Virus record (IMG/VR): IMGVR_UViG_3300009777_000113
Coordinates: 519-64,518 of that record
Length of the DNA stretch: 64,000 nucleotides
From: a virus
Reading direction: 5' to 3' (one strand)
Shown here: positions 54,487 to 63,999 of the stretch, in pieces
Layout: every line of letters starts with the position of its first letter
Position numbering within the stretch: the stretch's first letter is position 1
Program-made: the position numbers and the translations under genes
Notes under the pieces: model-generated
Told to the model about the DNA's origin: nothing
The model's input: only the letters and a program-made list of their open reading frames with translations
The model's database searches: none

Positions 54487-55701
54487 TTACGCAAGACCCA
54501 CGTTGATTCCGAGTACAACGGCGTCCGTCTCTTCGATCTCAACTGCTACGCGAGTTGTGATCGCAAACTCGGTGGTGCTTGCAAAAATGTTTCGGTCGCG
54601 CTCCATTCGGATGTCTCGGCCAAGACCCAAGATCAGGTTTCGATACTCGGTCAAAAAGATTTGGCTTTCTGCCAAGTAACTGATCTTCACATCCGAAGGA
54701 TCCGGGATCGCTCCGGCACCAACACGGGCAATTGTTCCAGCCGCATTGTTGAGAACATAGTCAACGCCATTCACAAACGGAGTGACTGGAGTCTTGGGGT
54801 TTTGGTTAACACTTTGGAGAACAACGAACTCGCTTCCAAGAACAATGTTCTTGCTCTTCAGACCCACAGCCGTCGCGCCCGACAAAGTCACATGCTCGGT
54901 CACAAGGGGAGTTTGTGGGAGCAGGGCGAGAGGCACTAACTCCACACCAAACGGCATGAGGTTGATTTCGCTTGTTGCGGCGCTATCACCCAAGCCTGTG
55001 GCGCGAGAGGCGAGGTTGTTTCGGAACAACTGCTCTGTGGTGTCTGAGCAGAAGAATTTGAGATTTCTTTTGTTGCGCTTAAATTTGCTCGGCATCTCCA
55101 CAATCATGTCGGAAAAGACTTGATGGGAGATATTCGTACCGTCGTGGTCGACGATATGGGTTGAGCCTGCTCGCTTCAACCAACCATTTTGAAGTTGAAG
55201 GTAGGTGTCCACAATAACTTCCGTTGCGGATCCACCTTCAAGAAGGTCACTTTCCAAACGAACGGGGCCGAGTTTATCGCCTTGAATGTAAAGCTCTTCA
55301 AGGTCATTTGAGAGCTGAGTGGCCATGAGGCGCATGATCGTATCTTCGATATTTTCGCCTTCAAGGTTCTCGGTCACAAATTCATCGGAAAGCTCCCAAG
55401 GCACCATGATTTCTTCAGGTTGAAGGGTAACTTTGCTCGTTTTGATCTTGCGACGGATGCCGGGATCAATAGCCTCTTTCTTTGGAACGGCGACGCGCTT
55501 ACCGACGCCGACTTTATCGATGTCGAGCTTGTCGTTTCTGAAACGCACAATTCGCGCTCGGTCCTTTAGGCCCGTCACGTCGACCACAAAGTCGATAAAC
55601 CGATCCGCCTGGGCGTCGTTCAGGCGGCCAGCAGCGGCGATTTCTGCCGTAGTGATGACCGCCTTTTCTAACAGCTCTTTATTTGTCAGTTTCGTACTCA
55701 T
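54487..55701 (-). CDS. Major capsid protein (HK97 fold) with inserted domain
   Basis: GRL...QADRFID.V, I.K..VG.R, ENLEG..IED.I, NGWLK, I.M...R. Confidence 0.9.
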   Translation of the reverse strand: MSTKLTNKELLEKAVITTAEIAAAGRLNDAQADRFIDFVVDVTGLKDRARIVRFRNDKLDIDKVGVGKRVAVPKKEAIDPGIRRKIKTSKVTLQPEEIMVPWELSDEFVTENLEGENIEDTIMRLMATQLSNDLEELYIQGDKLGPVRLESDLLEGGSATEVIVDTYLQLQNGWLKRAGSTHIVDHDGTNISHQVFSDMIVEMPSKFKRNKRNLKFFCSDTTEQLFRNNLASRATGLGDSAATSEINLMPFGVELVPLALLPQTPLVTEHVTLSGATAVGLKSKNIVLGSEFVVLQSVNQNPKTPVTPFVNGVDYVLNNAAGTIARVGAGAIPDPSDVKISYLAESQIFLTEYRNLILGLGRDIRMERDRNIFASTTEFAITTRVAVEIEETDAVVLGINVGLA

Positions 55702-55723
55702 TTTATATCTCCCTTTTCAAATA

Positions 55724-55740
55724 GTGTTACAATGTATCAC
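55724..55740 (-). promoter_or_regulatory. Palindromic operator site, copy 7
   Basis: GTGTTACAATGTATCAC upstream of the capsid SD GGGAG. Confidence 0.8.
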
Positions 55741-55741
55741 G

Positions 55742-57259
55742 TTACGAATTGGTTCTAGGCTTGTTTAAAAAAGCCTCGCGTCTTGAAATCTGCATCTTGA
55801 TGTCATCAAGACCAATAATGTCGGAGAAGACCGACTTCTGACTCTTGTCTTTGCCATCGCCATTGTCGCCACCCTCCTCATCATCACTGAGCGCGGCTGA
55901 TCCGCCCGCAGTGTTTTCGATTTCATTAAGCCGCTTTCCAATTGCTTCGATCTTGTTCGTTGACTCGTTCCTGACTGCTTCAACCGATGTTTCAAGGGAT
56001 TGAACACGACTGACTAAGCCTTCAGCTGCTTTGCTTAAATCTTTCTTGCCCTCTTTCTTTCCACCCATGACGGATCGAATAAGAGTCGACAATTTTTCTG
56101 AAATCTCTCGAAGAACCGTGAGCCTTTCTGTCGAAATCTTGGCCCCCACTTTCGAGATTTCTGCTTTGAAGGTGGAAATGGATTGCATCATCTCTGTTTG
56201 CTCCGGTGTAGGATTCGCTTCACCCTCACCAGTGCCTCCATCACCCGTAAGCATTGCAACCTGCTCTAAAGCCATCAAATTCAGCTCTACAATTTGGTTT
56301 AAGGCCCTTGCCGCCTCGTCGTGTAGAGAGAGCGATTGCTCCAGCATGGTTTTTAGTTCAGAAAATTGTTTTCGGATTTTCTCAAGCTCCTCTTTCATAT
56401 CGCCCCCTTCATGAGCTGATCCTTTTTCAAGTTCCTCTTTGAGATCATCGGGCAAGAGTTGATCAAGAGGATCTTCTGGATCAAATCCTGGGCTAATTCC
56501 AAGTTTCAATTCACGACGGATAATGCGTTCGTGAATAACAGCTTTGCTTTCTTCTTCTTTGTAACTGGAGGCGAGTTGTTTGAAGCGAACTTTTGAGTTT
56601 TTGGTTCGCTCAACAGTGTCGATGGGAAATTTTAGGTTTACCGGATCTGCATAGTCATCAAGACCAGCAGGGAAACCTGCGGGGAATGTGAGGGCTGCAT
56701 CGTCTCGCATTTCAATATCAAACTTGTCGGAGCGACCTTCGAGACTTTTCTTCAGGTCGTCCTTACTCATGCTGTCGCTAGGGACAAGTGCTTTTTCTGA
56801 TGTATCAAATTCCTGCGGGTAGGCCTTTTTGTACTCTTCAAAGCTGAATGCTCCCGCCAAGCATTGATCGAATACACCTTTATCCATACGATCAAAGGCG
56901 CAAGAGAAACAGACGCCACATTTAAGACCAATTTTCGGTTCGCTCCCGCCGTCGACCTTACAGAAATGACAAATGCCTTCTTCCGAGTGGTTCTTCTCAA
57001 CCGACGACTTCCAACTGATGCCCTTCTCAATGACTTGTCCAAAAGACTCAGATGGCTTTTTTCCATCGAGAGACTTGATAATAATGAACTCTTCACCGAT
57101 GGCGGGCTTATCGACTGGGCTAAATTCGTTGACGGTGAGGTTTACGATTCTTTTAACGCCCTTTTTGTCCTTAGCTTTTGACATATTATGCAGCCTCCCA
57201 ACTGATGCGGTTAAAATCAGGGGTGATTTGCATAGACTTGTGAACACCCTTTTCGTCAA
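55742..57259 (-). CDS. Scaffold/head-assembly protein (Cys cluster, DUF6582-like domain, coiled coil)
   Basis: L.VNEFSPVDKPA; CHFC..CGVCFSC; YADPVNLKFPIDT; C-terminal coiled coil. Confidence 0.7.
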   Translation of the reverse strand: MTKRVFTSLCKSPLILTASVGRLHNMSKAKDKKGVKRIVNLTVNEFSPVDKPAIGEEFIIIKSLDGKKPSESFGQVIEKGISWKSSVEKNHSEEGICHFCKVDGGSEPKIGLKCGVCFSCAFDRMDKGVFDQCLAGAFSFEEYKKAYPQEFDTSEKALVPSDSMSKDDLKKSLEGRSDKFDIEMRDDAALTFPAGFPAGLDDYADPVNLKFPIDTVERTKNSKVRFKQLASSYKEEESKAVIHERIIRRELKLGISPGFDPEDPLDQLLPDDLKEELEKGSAHEGGDMKEELEKIRKQFSELKTMLEQSLSLHDEAARALNQIVELNLMALEQVAMLTGDGGTGEGEANPTPEQTEMMQSISTFKAEISKVGAKISTERLTVLREISEKLSTLIRSVMGGKKEGKKDLSKAAEGLVSRVQSLETSVEAVRNESTNKIEAIGKRLNEIENTAGGSAALSDDEEGGDNGDGKDKSQKSVFSDIIGLDDIKMQISRREAFLNKPRTNS

Positions 57260-58649
57260 TCAGGCGGGCTTCACCACCAATGCTAAACCCTCGGATTTTT
57301 CCGGCTTTGATTAAATTCCATACCTCATCATCGAAAACCTTAACGGTGACCATCCAGGTTCCTTCGATGACTTGTCTTTTACTGAGTTCAAAACTGACAG
57401 GAACAATGTAGCTCTCGACAACTGCGATTTTCTTACTGAAGTCGACGTGCATGAAACCCTGGTCGGCACGAGAGTTAAGGCCGATCTTTGCTAAGAACTC
57501 AGGGTCCTTTTGAAAAGTAAGTTTGGTCATGTAATTGTGAGCCGCATTTTCAATCTCTTCACGGCTGACAATTTCATTTTGAAGATCGATTGTTTCAGGA
57601 ATCAGAAGCGGCCCCATAACAAGGCGCTTGTCTTCAACTTGTTTTAAGATCGGATAATCAAAACACTTTTCAACGAATTTCCTTTTCTCGGTAGTGGTTG
57701 AGAAGAGGGCCTTAATGCCCTCTAGCTTTCTGGCACACTCGGAGAGATCAAGCGATTGGATGACGTCTTGGGCAACTGATGTGGAGGTTGAAGAAGACGT
57801 GCTTTCAGATTCATTTACGGTCTTCGGTGTTTCAGTTAGGCGTTCTTCATTTGTAAGGAATCCGACTACTGCCTCAACACCCTCAGTAATGCGAATGCGT
57901 TGAAGGGTCGGTTCTTGAAAACGATCAGAGGAAAGGATTAAGAAAGTGAAGGCCCCGTCACGGTCTTCAATAGTCCGGCTTTGAAGGCTATGGTCCATCA
58001 CAAACCGCTGGGCCGCGCCCACGTCAGTGAAGCGCTCCTTTGAAAGAATAAGGGCTTGAATTCTTAGCCCATCTGACAGGCGTGACAAACTCTTAAGAAG
58101 ACAGCTTGTGACTGCCGCCTTTAAGACCTCATTGATTTCCGGTTGGTTGAGGCGTTTGATTGTGCCGAAATCGAGTTCAAGAGGTGGGGTCAGAGACTTT
58201 CTTATATTCAGATTGGAAAGACCCTTTGATTGCTTTGATGCCCGCTCAACTTCATCAATCAGCATTCCAGGCAGGATGGATACAAAACTCTGCTCACCAA
58301 CTTTTAGAAGGTGCGTGTGAAGACCGGAAAGTGTGGAGGCTTCAGATTGGATTTCATGGGCATGGGGAGATGAGCTTTGGGTTCTAAGATCGATTGTTCC
58401 GCGCTCTGTTTTGATGAGCACTTTGTGTTCATGGATTGGATTTTCTTCGGGCGCAGTGAGATTTTTCTCAATATCTACGGAGTGAGAGTGTGAACCGTCC
58501 AGCTCCGTCATTAAGAGACGGTCATTTACAAAGAAGATGTGCTTGTGAATACCATCAAGCGCAGTCTTTTCCTTTGTATGAAGTCGGTGAAGATGTATCC
58601 CGCCTTCACCCATGATTTTAGTTTTCGTTGCTGTCATCTCTTTTTCCAA
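57186..58649 (-). CDS. XkdF-like prohead protease with N-terminal His-repeat domain
   Basis: LVMGPLLIP...DLQ.E.VS.EEI..AA..Y, MH, VVESY, GTW, DDEVW..IK.GKI.GFSIGG; N-terminal HxH repeats. Confidence 0.8.
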   Translation of the reverse strand: MEKEMTATKTKIMGEGGIHLHRLHTKEKTALDGIHKHIFFVNDRLLMTELDGSHSHSVDIEKNLTAPEENPIHEHKVLIKTERGTIDLRTQSSSPHAHEIQSEASTLSGLHTHLLKVGEQSFVSILPGMLIDEVERASKQSKGLSNLNIRKSLTPPLELDFGTIKRLNQPEINEVLKAAVTSCLLKSLSRLSDGLRIQALILSKERFTDVGAAQRFVMDHSLQSRTIEDRDGAFTFLILSSDRFQEPTLQRIRITEGVEAVVGFLTNEERLTETPKTVNESESTSSSTSTSVAQDVIQSLDLSECARKLEGIKALFSTTTEKRKFVEKCFDYPILKQVEDKRLVMGPLLIPETIDLQNEIVSREEIENAAHNYMTKLTFQKDPEFLAKIGLNSRADQGFMHVDFSKKIAVVESYIVPVSFELSKRQVIEGTWMVTVKVFDDEVWNLIKAGKIRGFSIGGEARLIDEKGVHKSMQITPDFNRISWEAA

Positions 58650-58657
58650 CCGATATT

Positions 58658-58674
58658 GTGATACATTGTATCAC
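58658..58674 (-). promoter_or_regulatory. Palindromic operator/extended -10 site, copy 8
   Basis: GTGATACATTGTATCAC upstream of the protease gene. Confidence 0.85.
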
Positions 58675-58763
58675 GTTAGAATTGTAAACATAACTAAATT
58701 CGAAGTAGCAATCCAAATTGGGGGATCCTCCTGTTATGTCATGCCGTGCCAGAAACTCAGTTC

Positions 58764-59813
58764 TTAGCCAGGAATCAGTTCACTCCGACATCTAAAGTGG
58801 GCCGGAGGCACGATGGGCACACCATTTTCAGCGAGCATTTGGGATGCTTCATACGAACTAACGCGGTCCCCTCGACCAAGTCCGAACTCTGATAAGTCTT
58901 TTCGCCAAGGAAAGAGTTCTTTGACCGCGTCCGCTGATGTCTGTTCCAAAATTCGATTCTGCTGCGCCTTCACTAAATCAAGCGTGAAAACCCGCCCATT
59001 CATGGCAAGACATATTTCCGACGTGCGCTCATCTTCTACTGATGACCAAATAACCCTGGTTACTTCAGCCTCGTCCATCAAGTTGATCTGTCCAAAATTA
59101 CGAGCGCGAGTGACTGTGGTCGCCGATAGTCCATCAAAGTATGCTGAAGCCGCCAATTGCCCTTGGCTCCGAATTGTTTCTGGAACGGATTGCTCAAAAC
59201 CACCAAGTCGTCGGGACAATTGTTCCTTAAGAGCAATGCCAGCCTCCTTCTTGGGAAGGCCCCTATCGATGACATTGGTCCTTATCATTTCCGATATAAA
59301 GGTCTTATGATTATTGGAGTAGTGGTCGCTTACAGAAATGAGGTGCAGTTTTGAAAGCGCATCAACGATCAACTCGTCAGTGGAGCCGAAATCGGCCTTC
59401 AGAAGTTCTGATTTACTCATTCGCTTTTTTAGTTTGTGCTGATTTTGGAATCGTGTGCGGTTGAGTTTGTATATTTTCGCAACATCACTCTCCAGCCGTG
59501 ATCTGATTTTTTCATCGATCTCTGAAAGTATTGTTTCCAATCGTCTCTCAATTTTTCGTTGATCTGCCTCTTTTAGAGTTTCGCGTTGTACTCCATTTAC
59601 AAAGGAAACCACGCTTTCTATGGCGCGGCTCACGAGAAGATTCCATTCACGCATGACAAAGCGATTGAGCGCTTCTTCTACGCGGTTTATCTGCGCTCCG
59701 TCCTGATCGTCGGTCGCCTTTTCAATGATTTCTGACATGAGACCATAGAGTTTCTCCTTGGCCTCATAGTCCAGACTAACAGCATCCTTTAGACTCATGT
59801 GGTTTGGCTCCAT
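58764..59813 (-). CDS. Minor head protein (Mu gpF/SPP1 gp7-like)
   Basis: WSSVEDERTSEICLAMNG...PPAHFRCRS. Confidence 0.85.
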   Translation of the reverse strand: MEPNHMSLKDAVSLDYEAKEKLYGLMSEIIEKATDDQDGAQINRVEEALNRFVMREWNLLVSRAIESVVSFVNGVQRETLKEADQRKIERRLETILSEIDEKIRSRLESDVAKIYKLNRTRFQNQHKLKKRMSKSELLKADFGSTDELIVDALSKLHLISVSDHYSNNHKTFISEMIRTNVIDRGLPKKEAGIALKEQLSRRLGGFEQSVPETIRSQGQLAASAYFDGLSATTVTRARNFGQINLMDEAEVTRVIWSSVEDERTSEICLAMNGRVFTLDLVKAQQNRILEQTSADAVKELFPWRKDLSEFGLGRGDRVSSYEASQMLAENGVPIVPPAHFRCRSELIPG

Positions 59814-61560
59814 AGCTTTCTCGCATAAGTTCGTTTCCTAGTGCATCCCGAACTTGGCTGAGTTTCTCGATGTACTTTTGAGGCTTTTCAAAAATCTGTT
59901 CCAATAGATCATCCGGTGACGAACTCGTAATTGAATCGTCCTCAACCGACTCAGTTCCTGGGCGCTTAGGCACCTGGCCTTGGCCATCGAAGGTTCCATT
60001 TTGATTGGCCGTGCCCGCGCTGTGCATGAGTTTGGCGAGAGTGAAACTAAATGGAACGTCGGGGTCAAACCCCTCCGGCAGATTGCTAAAGTCAGGAAGA
60101 TCACGATTTAAAATATCTTCTAAGAGCATTCGGGCAATTCGTGGCGTCAGTGCCCCGGAACGCTCGGCCCCGGTGAGGATACGAACAAGGTCTTCATCAT
60201 TTGTGACATTTGGACTATTCGATTTGAAAACCCAGAAACAAATGCCTTGTGCGAGTAGGATTTTATTGATTTCGCGGTCGATCTCTTCGCGCTCTGGATT
60301 GTAAACATACTTTTCTGTTAGGGCCTCTGAGACTTGTGCTGTTGCGCGGTCATAGTTTTCAGAAGCCCCGACCAGAATCGGTGCAATTCTAAAATTGCGT
60401 CTGAGTTTCTTGGCGTTGTTTTCATCGTAGCTTTGCCAGAGCATATCTTGGTGTTGAGCGCGGGTAAGCGGCACGATCTCAATCTTGCTGCTGTTCGGAC
60501 TTGATAGACCATCGTGAGTAGATTCGCCCTCAAGAATAAGCCACTTGGAATAGTTGGAACTTCCTTTGATCTGCGTATCAACGAACTCTCGAATACGATC
60601 AACCGATCCTTGAGTAAGCATCCCACCGTTAGCGAGAATTGCGAACGAGGGGATATTGTTGTTCATGAGCGTAATGATGTTGGTTTCGTCGGCCTGTCGG
60701 GAGCCTTTAATAGAAATAATATTTCCCGTAAATCTAGGCATTCCGTAAGGAGTGGGACGTCTTGATTCAATCTTAAAGTGAAACAGCTCGTTAGCCCGAA
60801 ACTGAGGCTCAAGACTTTCAGCGACCTCTCCCGTGCGTTTATCTATAAGACGGGGATCTCCGAATTGCTTAAAGAATACTTTTTTTGTGCCAATGATCTG
60901 CACAAATCTTCTGAATCTCTTTTGAAAGAATTTGGTTCCAAGCGAGAAATCGTTTTTGACATAGTTCAATCCGGTACGGGTGATAACACGGTCAGTTTTA
61001 GTAATCCTGATCGTTGCTGCATTTATTCTGTTGATGGCTGAATACTTCTTGGGTTCCGTTAAACTAGGAACCAGCTCCCAGTACGCATTTCCTGTTAGCT
61101 CCTTTTCCTGTGTCGATTCACGTCGGAGTCTAACGAATGATTCTTCTGCGTTAGGGTAACTAAAGAAGTGATCTAAAAACTCCTCTTCCTCATCAATTTG
61201 CTTTTTGAAGGATTTTTTCTGCTCTTCGCTCATCGGCCTCAGTGTGAAACGATGGCCAAATCCATCAATTCCAACGGCCATTGCGTCACAGGTCTGCCGC
61301 AATTCAGTTGAAAACTCAGCAAGCACGGATAGCTCGCCAAGAGATAGTGGCGGGTCGATCACTTTATCCCTGATCCCAAGACTATCAATGTCGGCATCAA
61401 CCAGAGCTTGGCTATTTGACTTCTTAATGTCCAACGGATTGACGCTGATGACAGTGGCCTTAAGGATATGTCGATTGCCTTTTTCGTCTTCGACTTCAAC
61501 TCGCTTTGAGATTTTTTTTGTCGGCTTAATCTTGTCGGGGCTTCCTAGTATTTTTGTCAT
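59776..61560 (-). CDS. Portal protein
   Basis: Follows terL; ELTGNAYWE, KQFGDPR, YGMP, F.IAPILVG...YDRATA, LTPRIAR. Confidence 0.88.
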   Translation of the reverse strand: MTKILGSPDKIKPTKKISKRVEVEDEKGNRHILKATVISVNPLDIKKSNSQALVDADIDSLGIRDKVIDPPLSLGELSVLAEFSTELRQTCDAMAVGIDGFGHRFTLRPMSEEQKKSFKKQIDEEEEFLDHFFSYPNAEESFVRLRRESTQEKELTGNAYWELVPSLTEPKKYSAINRINAATIRITKTDRVITRTGLNYVKNDFSLGTKFFQKRFRRFVQIIGTKKVFFKQFGDPRLIDKRTGEVAESLEPQFRANELFHFKIESRRPTPYGMPRFTGNIISIKGSRQADETNIITLMNNNIPSFAILANGGMLTQGSVDRIREFVDTQIKGSSNYSKWLILEGESTHDGLSSPNSSKIEIVPLTRAQHQDMLWQSYDENNAKKLRRNFRIAPILVGASENYDRATAQVSEALTEKYVYNPEREEIDREINKILLAQGICFWVFKSNSPNVTNDEDLVRILTGAERSGALTPRIARMLLEDILNRDLPDFSNLPEGFDPDVPFSFTLAKLMHSAGTANQNGTFDGQGQVPKRPGTESVEDDSITSSSPDDLLEQIFEKPQKYIEKLSQVRDALGNELMRESYGAKPHESKGCC

Positions 61561-63093
61561 TTATAATAGTCCTGGTTCTGACGGGCGTTGTTTTTTCAGT
61601 CCTGCAAAGGCCACTGTGATCGCCAAATCCAAGGCATCAAAAAGGTCTTTGTACCGTCCGTCGGGAAACTTAAGTAAATGTTCAATGAGGTCTTGCATTT
61701 CTTCTTTCACATGCACTTGGCGACGCTCGAAAAAGGCCGAGAGTTTCCACGCTCTCGATACTTTGTCTTTTTCTGTGTAAACTGGAATGGCTCGTATAGA
61801 TTTAAATTCGTCATCTTGGGCAAGATCCTGAATGAAGGCGCGTTGATAACCATTGGCCTCAATGCCTACGCGAATCGGATCAAATCTGAAAAACTCCTCG
61901 GCAACGATCTGCTTTCTTTGGCCGAAGGTTGCGACAATATTGTGGTAGCTCAGGATGTAGATTTTCTTCGTCTCCATGTGAACGCCAATAGTCGCGTGTG
62001 CAAATCGATCCGCGTTCTTCGCTTGCTTCGAAGCAAGATCAACCCCCTGGTAAATCTTGAGTTCGTTGAGATCGACAGTTTTGTAATATCTGAACCACTC
62101 AAGTTTAAATATTTTCCCTTTCATCGCAGCGACGTCATTTTGATATTGGGTGTTGAAAATGATGGTCCCTAGAACCTTCCGTTTCTTCAGGAGAAACTTC
62201 ACGCTACACTTCTCTGGCCAAAGCGAGAGGTATCTCTCAGATTCTGGCGCTCTACTGTCCATGTTCGGCTTTTCAATGAGTGCAGGAATTGAAATGTAGT
62301 GCTGTCTAGTGACCTTGCCCTTGTGATCTTTCTGACAAAGCACATTTTCCATCAAGTATCCGTATAGATCGTCGGGATTGTATCGAGTGCCAATAACTGA
62401 CATCTCGCCGTGTGGTTCTAAACAAGGATCAAGGACCTTAAAGAACCAAGTGTGAATTTTTTCCCTTTGCGTTTCTGTGATGCTGTTGGATTCATCAATT
62501 AAGTCGTCAGCGATGATTACGTCATAGTGCTTTGAGGCAATGGCTCCGCCGATACCAATAGTCTCAATGGTATCTTCTTTGAAATCTGCAGTGCGGGCTC
62601 TTACCCGAATGCTGCCGTCATTCCAAGGTGATCCCTGTTGAACGCCGAAGACCTCAACCATTTTTGGTCGAAGAAGCTTTTGTTTGATTTCTGATAAAAA
62701 GCTGACAGCATTCGTGTCAGTTTTGGAAGCGATAAGAATCCTAATGTTCGGGTTCTGTAGGATCTTTAGAATACACCGAGCAATATTCAGACAGGTGCTT
62801 TTGCCGAAGCCACGAGGGGCGAGCGTTAAGTTCCAGAGTTGTCTTTTGTCGAGAGTGTTTGCGATAACGAAGGAGTTATTTTGAACAGCATCGAACATGA
62901 CCTCGTGAAAGTCTTTGATCTCGTAACCGAGCACTTCGGTCATAAGAAGATCAATTCGGCTTTCATTAAGTATGAGGTCCCTTAAAAATTCATTTTCAGT
63001 GGCCTTCTGCATTCTGAATTCAGTTACAGCTTCCTGGTGTTCTCTGAATCCTTGGAGTGCCGATGTGACTAGAGCCTTACTTGAAGTCACCAT
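61561..63093 (-). CDS. terL: Terminase large subunit
   Basis: LAPRGFGKST, HYDVIIADDL, IGTRY..DDLYG, QGVDLA, IEANGYQ, FPDG..KD.FDAL. Confidence 0.95.
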   Translation of the reverse strand: MVTSSKALVTSALQGFREHQEAVTEFRMQKATENEFLRDLILNESRIDLLMTEVLGYEIKDFHEVMFDAVQNNSFVIANTLDKRQLWNLTLAPRGFGKSTCLNIARCILKILQNPNIRILIASKTDTNAVSFLSEIKQKLLRPKMVEVFGVQQGSPWNDGSIRVRARTADFKEDTIETIGIGGAIASKHYDVIIADDLIDESNSITETQREKIHTWFFKVLDPCLEPHGEMSVIGTRYNPDDLYGYLMENVLCQKDHKGKVTRQHYISIPALIEKPNMDSRAPESERYLSLWPEKCSVKFLLKKRKVLGTIIFNTQYQNDVAAMKGKIFKLEWFRYYKTVDLNELKIYQGVDLASKQAKNADRFAHATIGVHMETKKIYILSYHNIVATFGQRKQIVAEEFFRFDPIRVGIEANGYQRAFIQDLAQDDEFKSIRAIPVYTEKDKVSRAWKLSAFFERRQVHVKEEMQDLIEHLLKFPDGRYKDLFDALDLAITVAFAGLKKQRPSEPGLL

Positions 63094-63096
63094 TAC

Positions 63097-63705
63097 TTAG
63101 GATCCCTTGCCGACAAATTTAGACTTCTTTTCTTCGGGGAGGATTATGACGTTGTCAGGGAGCTTTGCTCTCGTAGAGGGATCCATGTATTGGGCAATTT
63201 CTGACCGAATGGTGATTCGCCGAGATGCAATTTCCTTGAGCCTTAAAACTTCGCGTTGAATCTCAGATCGCACTTCTTCAGCAGTCATAGTGCTGAACGT
63301 GAGTTCACTGGTAAGCTTCAATTCTGAAGATGCTTTGGGAATCATGCCGAAGTCTTGAGCCATTTTGATGACAGAGTCGTAGGCTTCCTTTTTCTTCCAG
63401 ATGGCAGTCACCATCGTTTGGAGATTGCCCTGTTCTTTCGCAAGGCCGATGAGCGATTGAAGCTCTCTGATAACGTAGGTGATTTTAACCAAGTAATCCG
63501 AATAGTAAGAAAACGGATCGAGTTTCTGGAGAAGAGCTTTGTCGGAATCAAGAAGGTATCTTTTTACTTTGGCGAGTGTCGTCGGTTTAATATCAAGCTT
63601 GCGGGCAATTTCTTCATCCGTGTAGTTCGCGCCAATCAGTTTTTTCACGTCAGAGACGAGGTTGCGCTTCTTCTTATTAAGGGTTTCCGTTTTCTTGTTT
63701 TTCAT
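63097..63705 (-). CDS. terS: Terminase small subunit-like HTH protein (start set at ATG 63705)
   Basis: Directly upstream of terL; YTDEEIARKLDIKPTTL HTH; SD GGGG; the ORF-track start at 63741 runs through the operator. Confidence 0.65.
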   Translation of the reverse strand: MKNKKTETLNKKKRNLVSDVKKLIGANYTDEEIARKLDIKPTTLAKVKRYLLDSDKALLQKLDPFSYYSDYLVKITYVIRELQSLIGLAKEQGNLQTMVTAIWKKKEAYDSVIKMAQDFGMIPKASSELKLTSELTFSTMTAEEVRSEIQREVLRLKEIASRRITIRSEIAQYMDPSTRAKLPDNVIILPEEKKSKFVGKGS

Positions 63706-63721
63706 TTCCCATCCCTTTAAC

Positions 63722-63738
63722 GTGATACATTGTATCAC
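63722..63738 (-). promoter_or_regulatory. Palindromic operator/extended -10 site, copy 9
   Basis: GTGATACATTGTATCAC, 16 nt upstream of ATG 63705. Confidence 0.85.
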
Positions 63739-63789
63739 CAAAAGAAATGAGATTAAAGAACTTATCGGTCCAGCGATTCTCTCCCAGAA

Positions 63790-63999
63790 CTATTTTGCGA
63801 CGAATCTTGCGCCCTTACACCGTGGGCATGGTTTTCTACCCTCTAGTTCAATAGAGAGGACTTCCCTGACAAGATCGGAAAAGGGAGGATCCTTGCGCTC
63901 ATGTGCGTCTTCCAAATCCTCAATTCCCCGAAATCTTACGTTGGTTGTAATAACAGGGAGCGTCTTTTTGGTTTGATACCCTTTGCCATTACACTTTGG
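63790..63999 (-). CDS. 5'-truncated paralog of the tandem RHH-CxxCxG regulator (not in the ORF track)
   Basis: Manual translation: PKCNGKGYQTKKTLPVITTNVRFRGIEDLEDAHERKDPPFSDLVREVLSIELEGRKPCPRCKGARFVAK*. Confidence 0.65.
   Translation of the reverse strand, partial: PKCNGKGYQTKKTLPVITTNVRFRGIEDLEDAHERKDPPFSDLVREVLSIELEGRKPCPRCKGARFVAK

Noticed and set aside
16306-63738. Palindrome copies as CRISPR repeats or REP/IS ends
   Set aside because: They are kilobases apart with no regular spacers, no cas or transposase genes are present, and each sits before an SD.
63706-63741. ORF-track N-terminal extension of terS
   Set aside because: It would translate through the operator palindrome; a good SD precedes ATG 63705.
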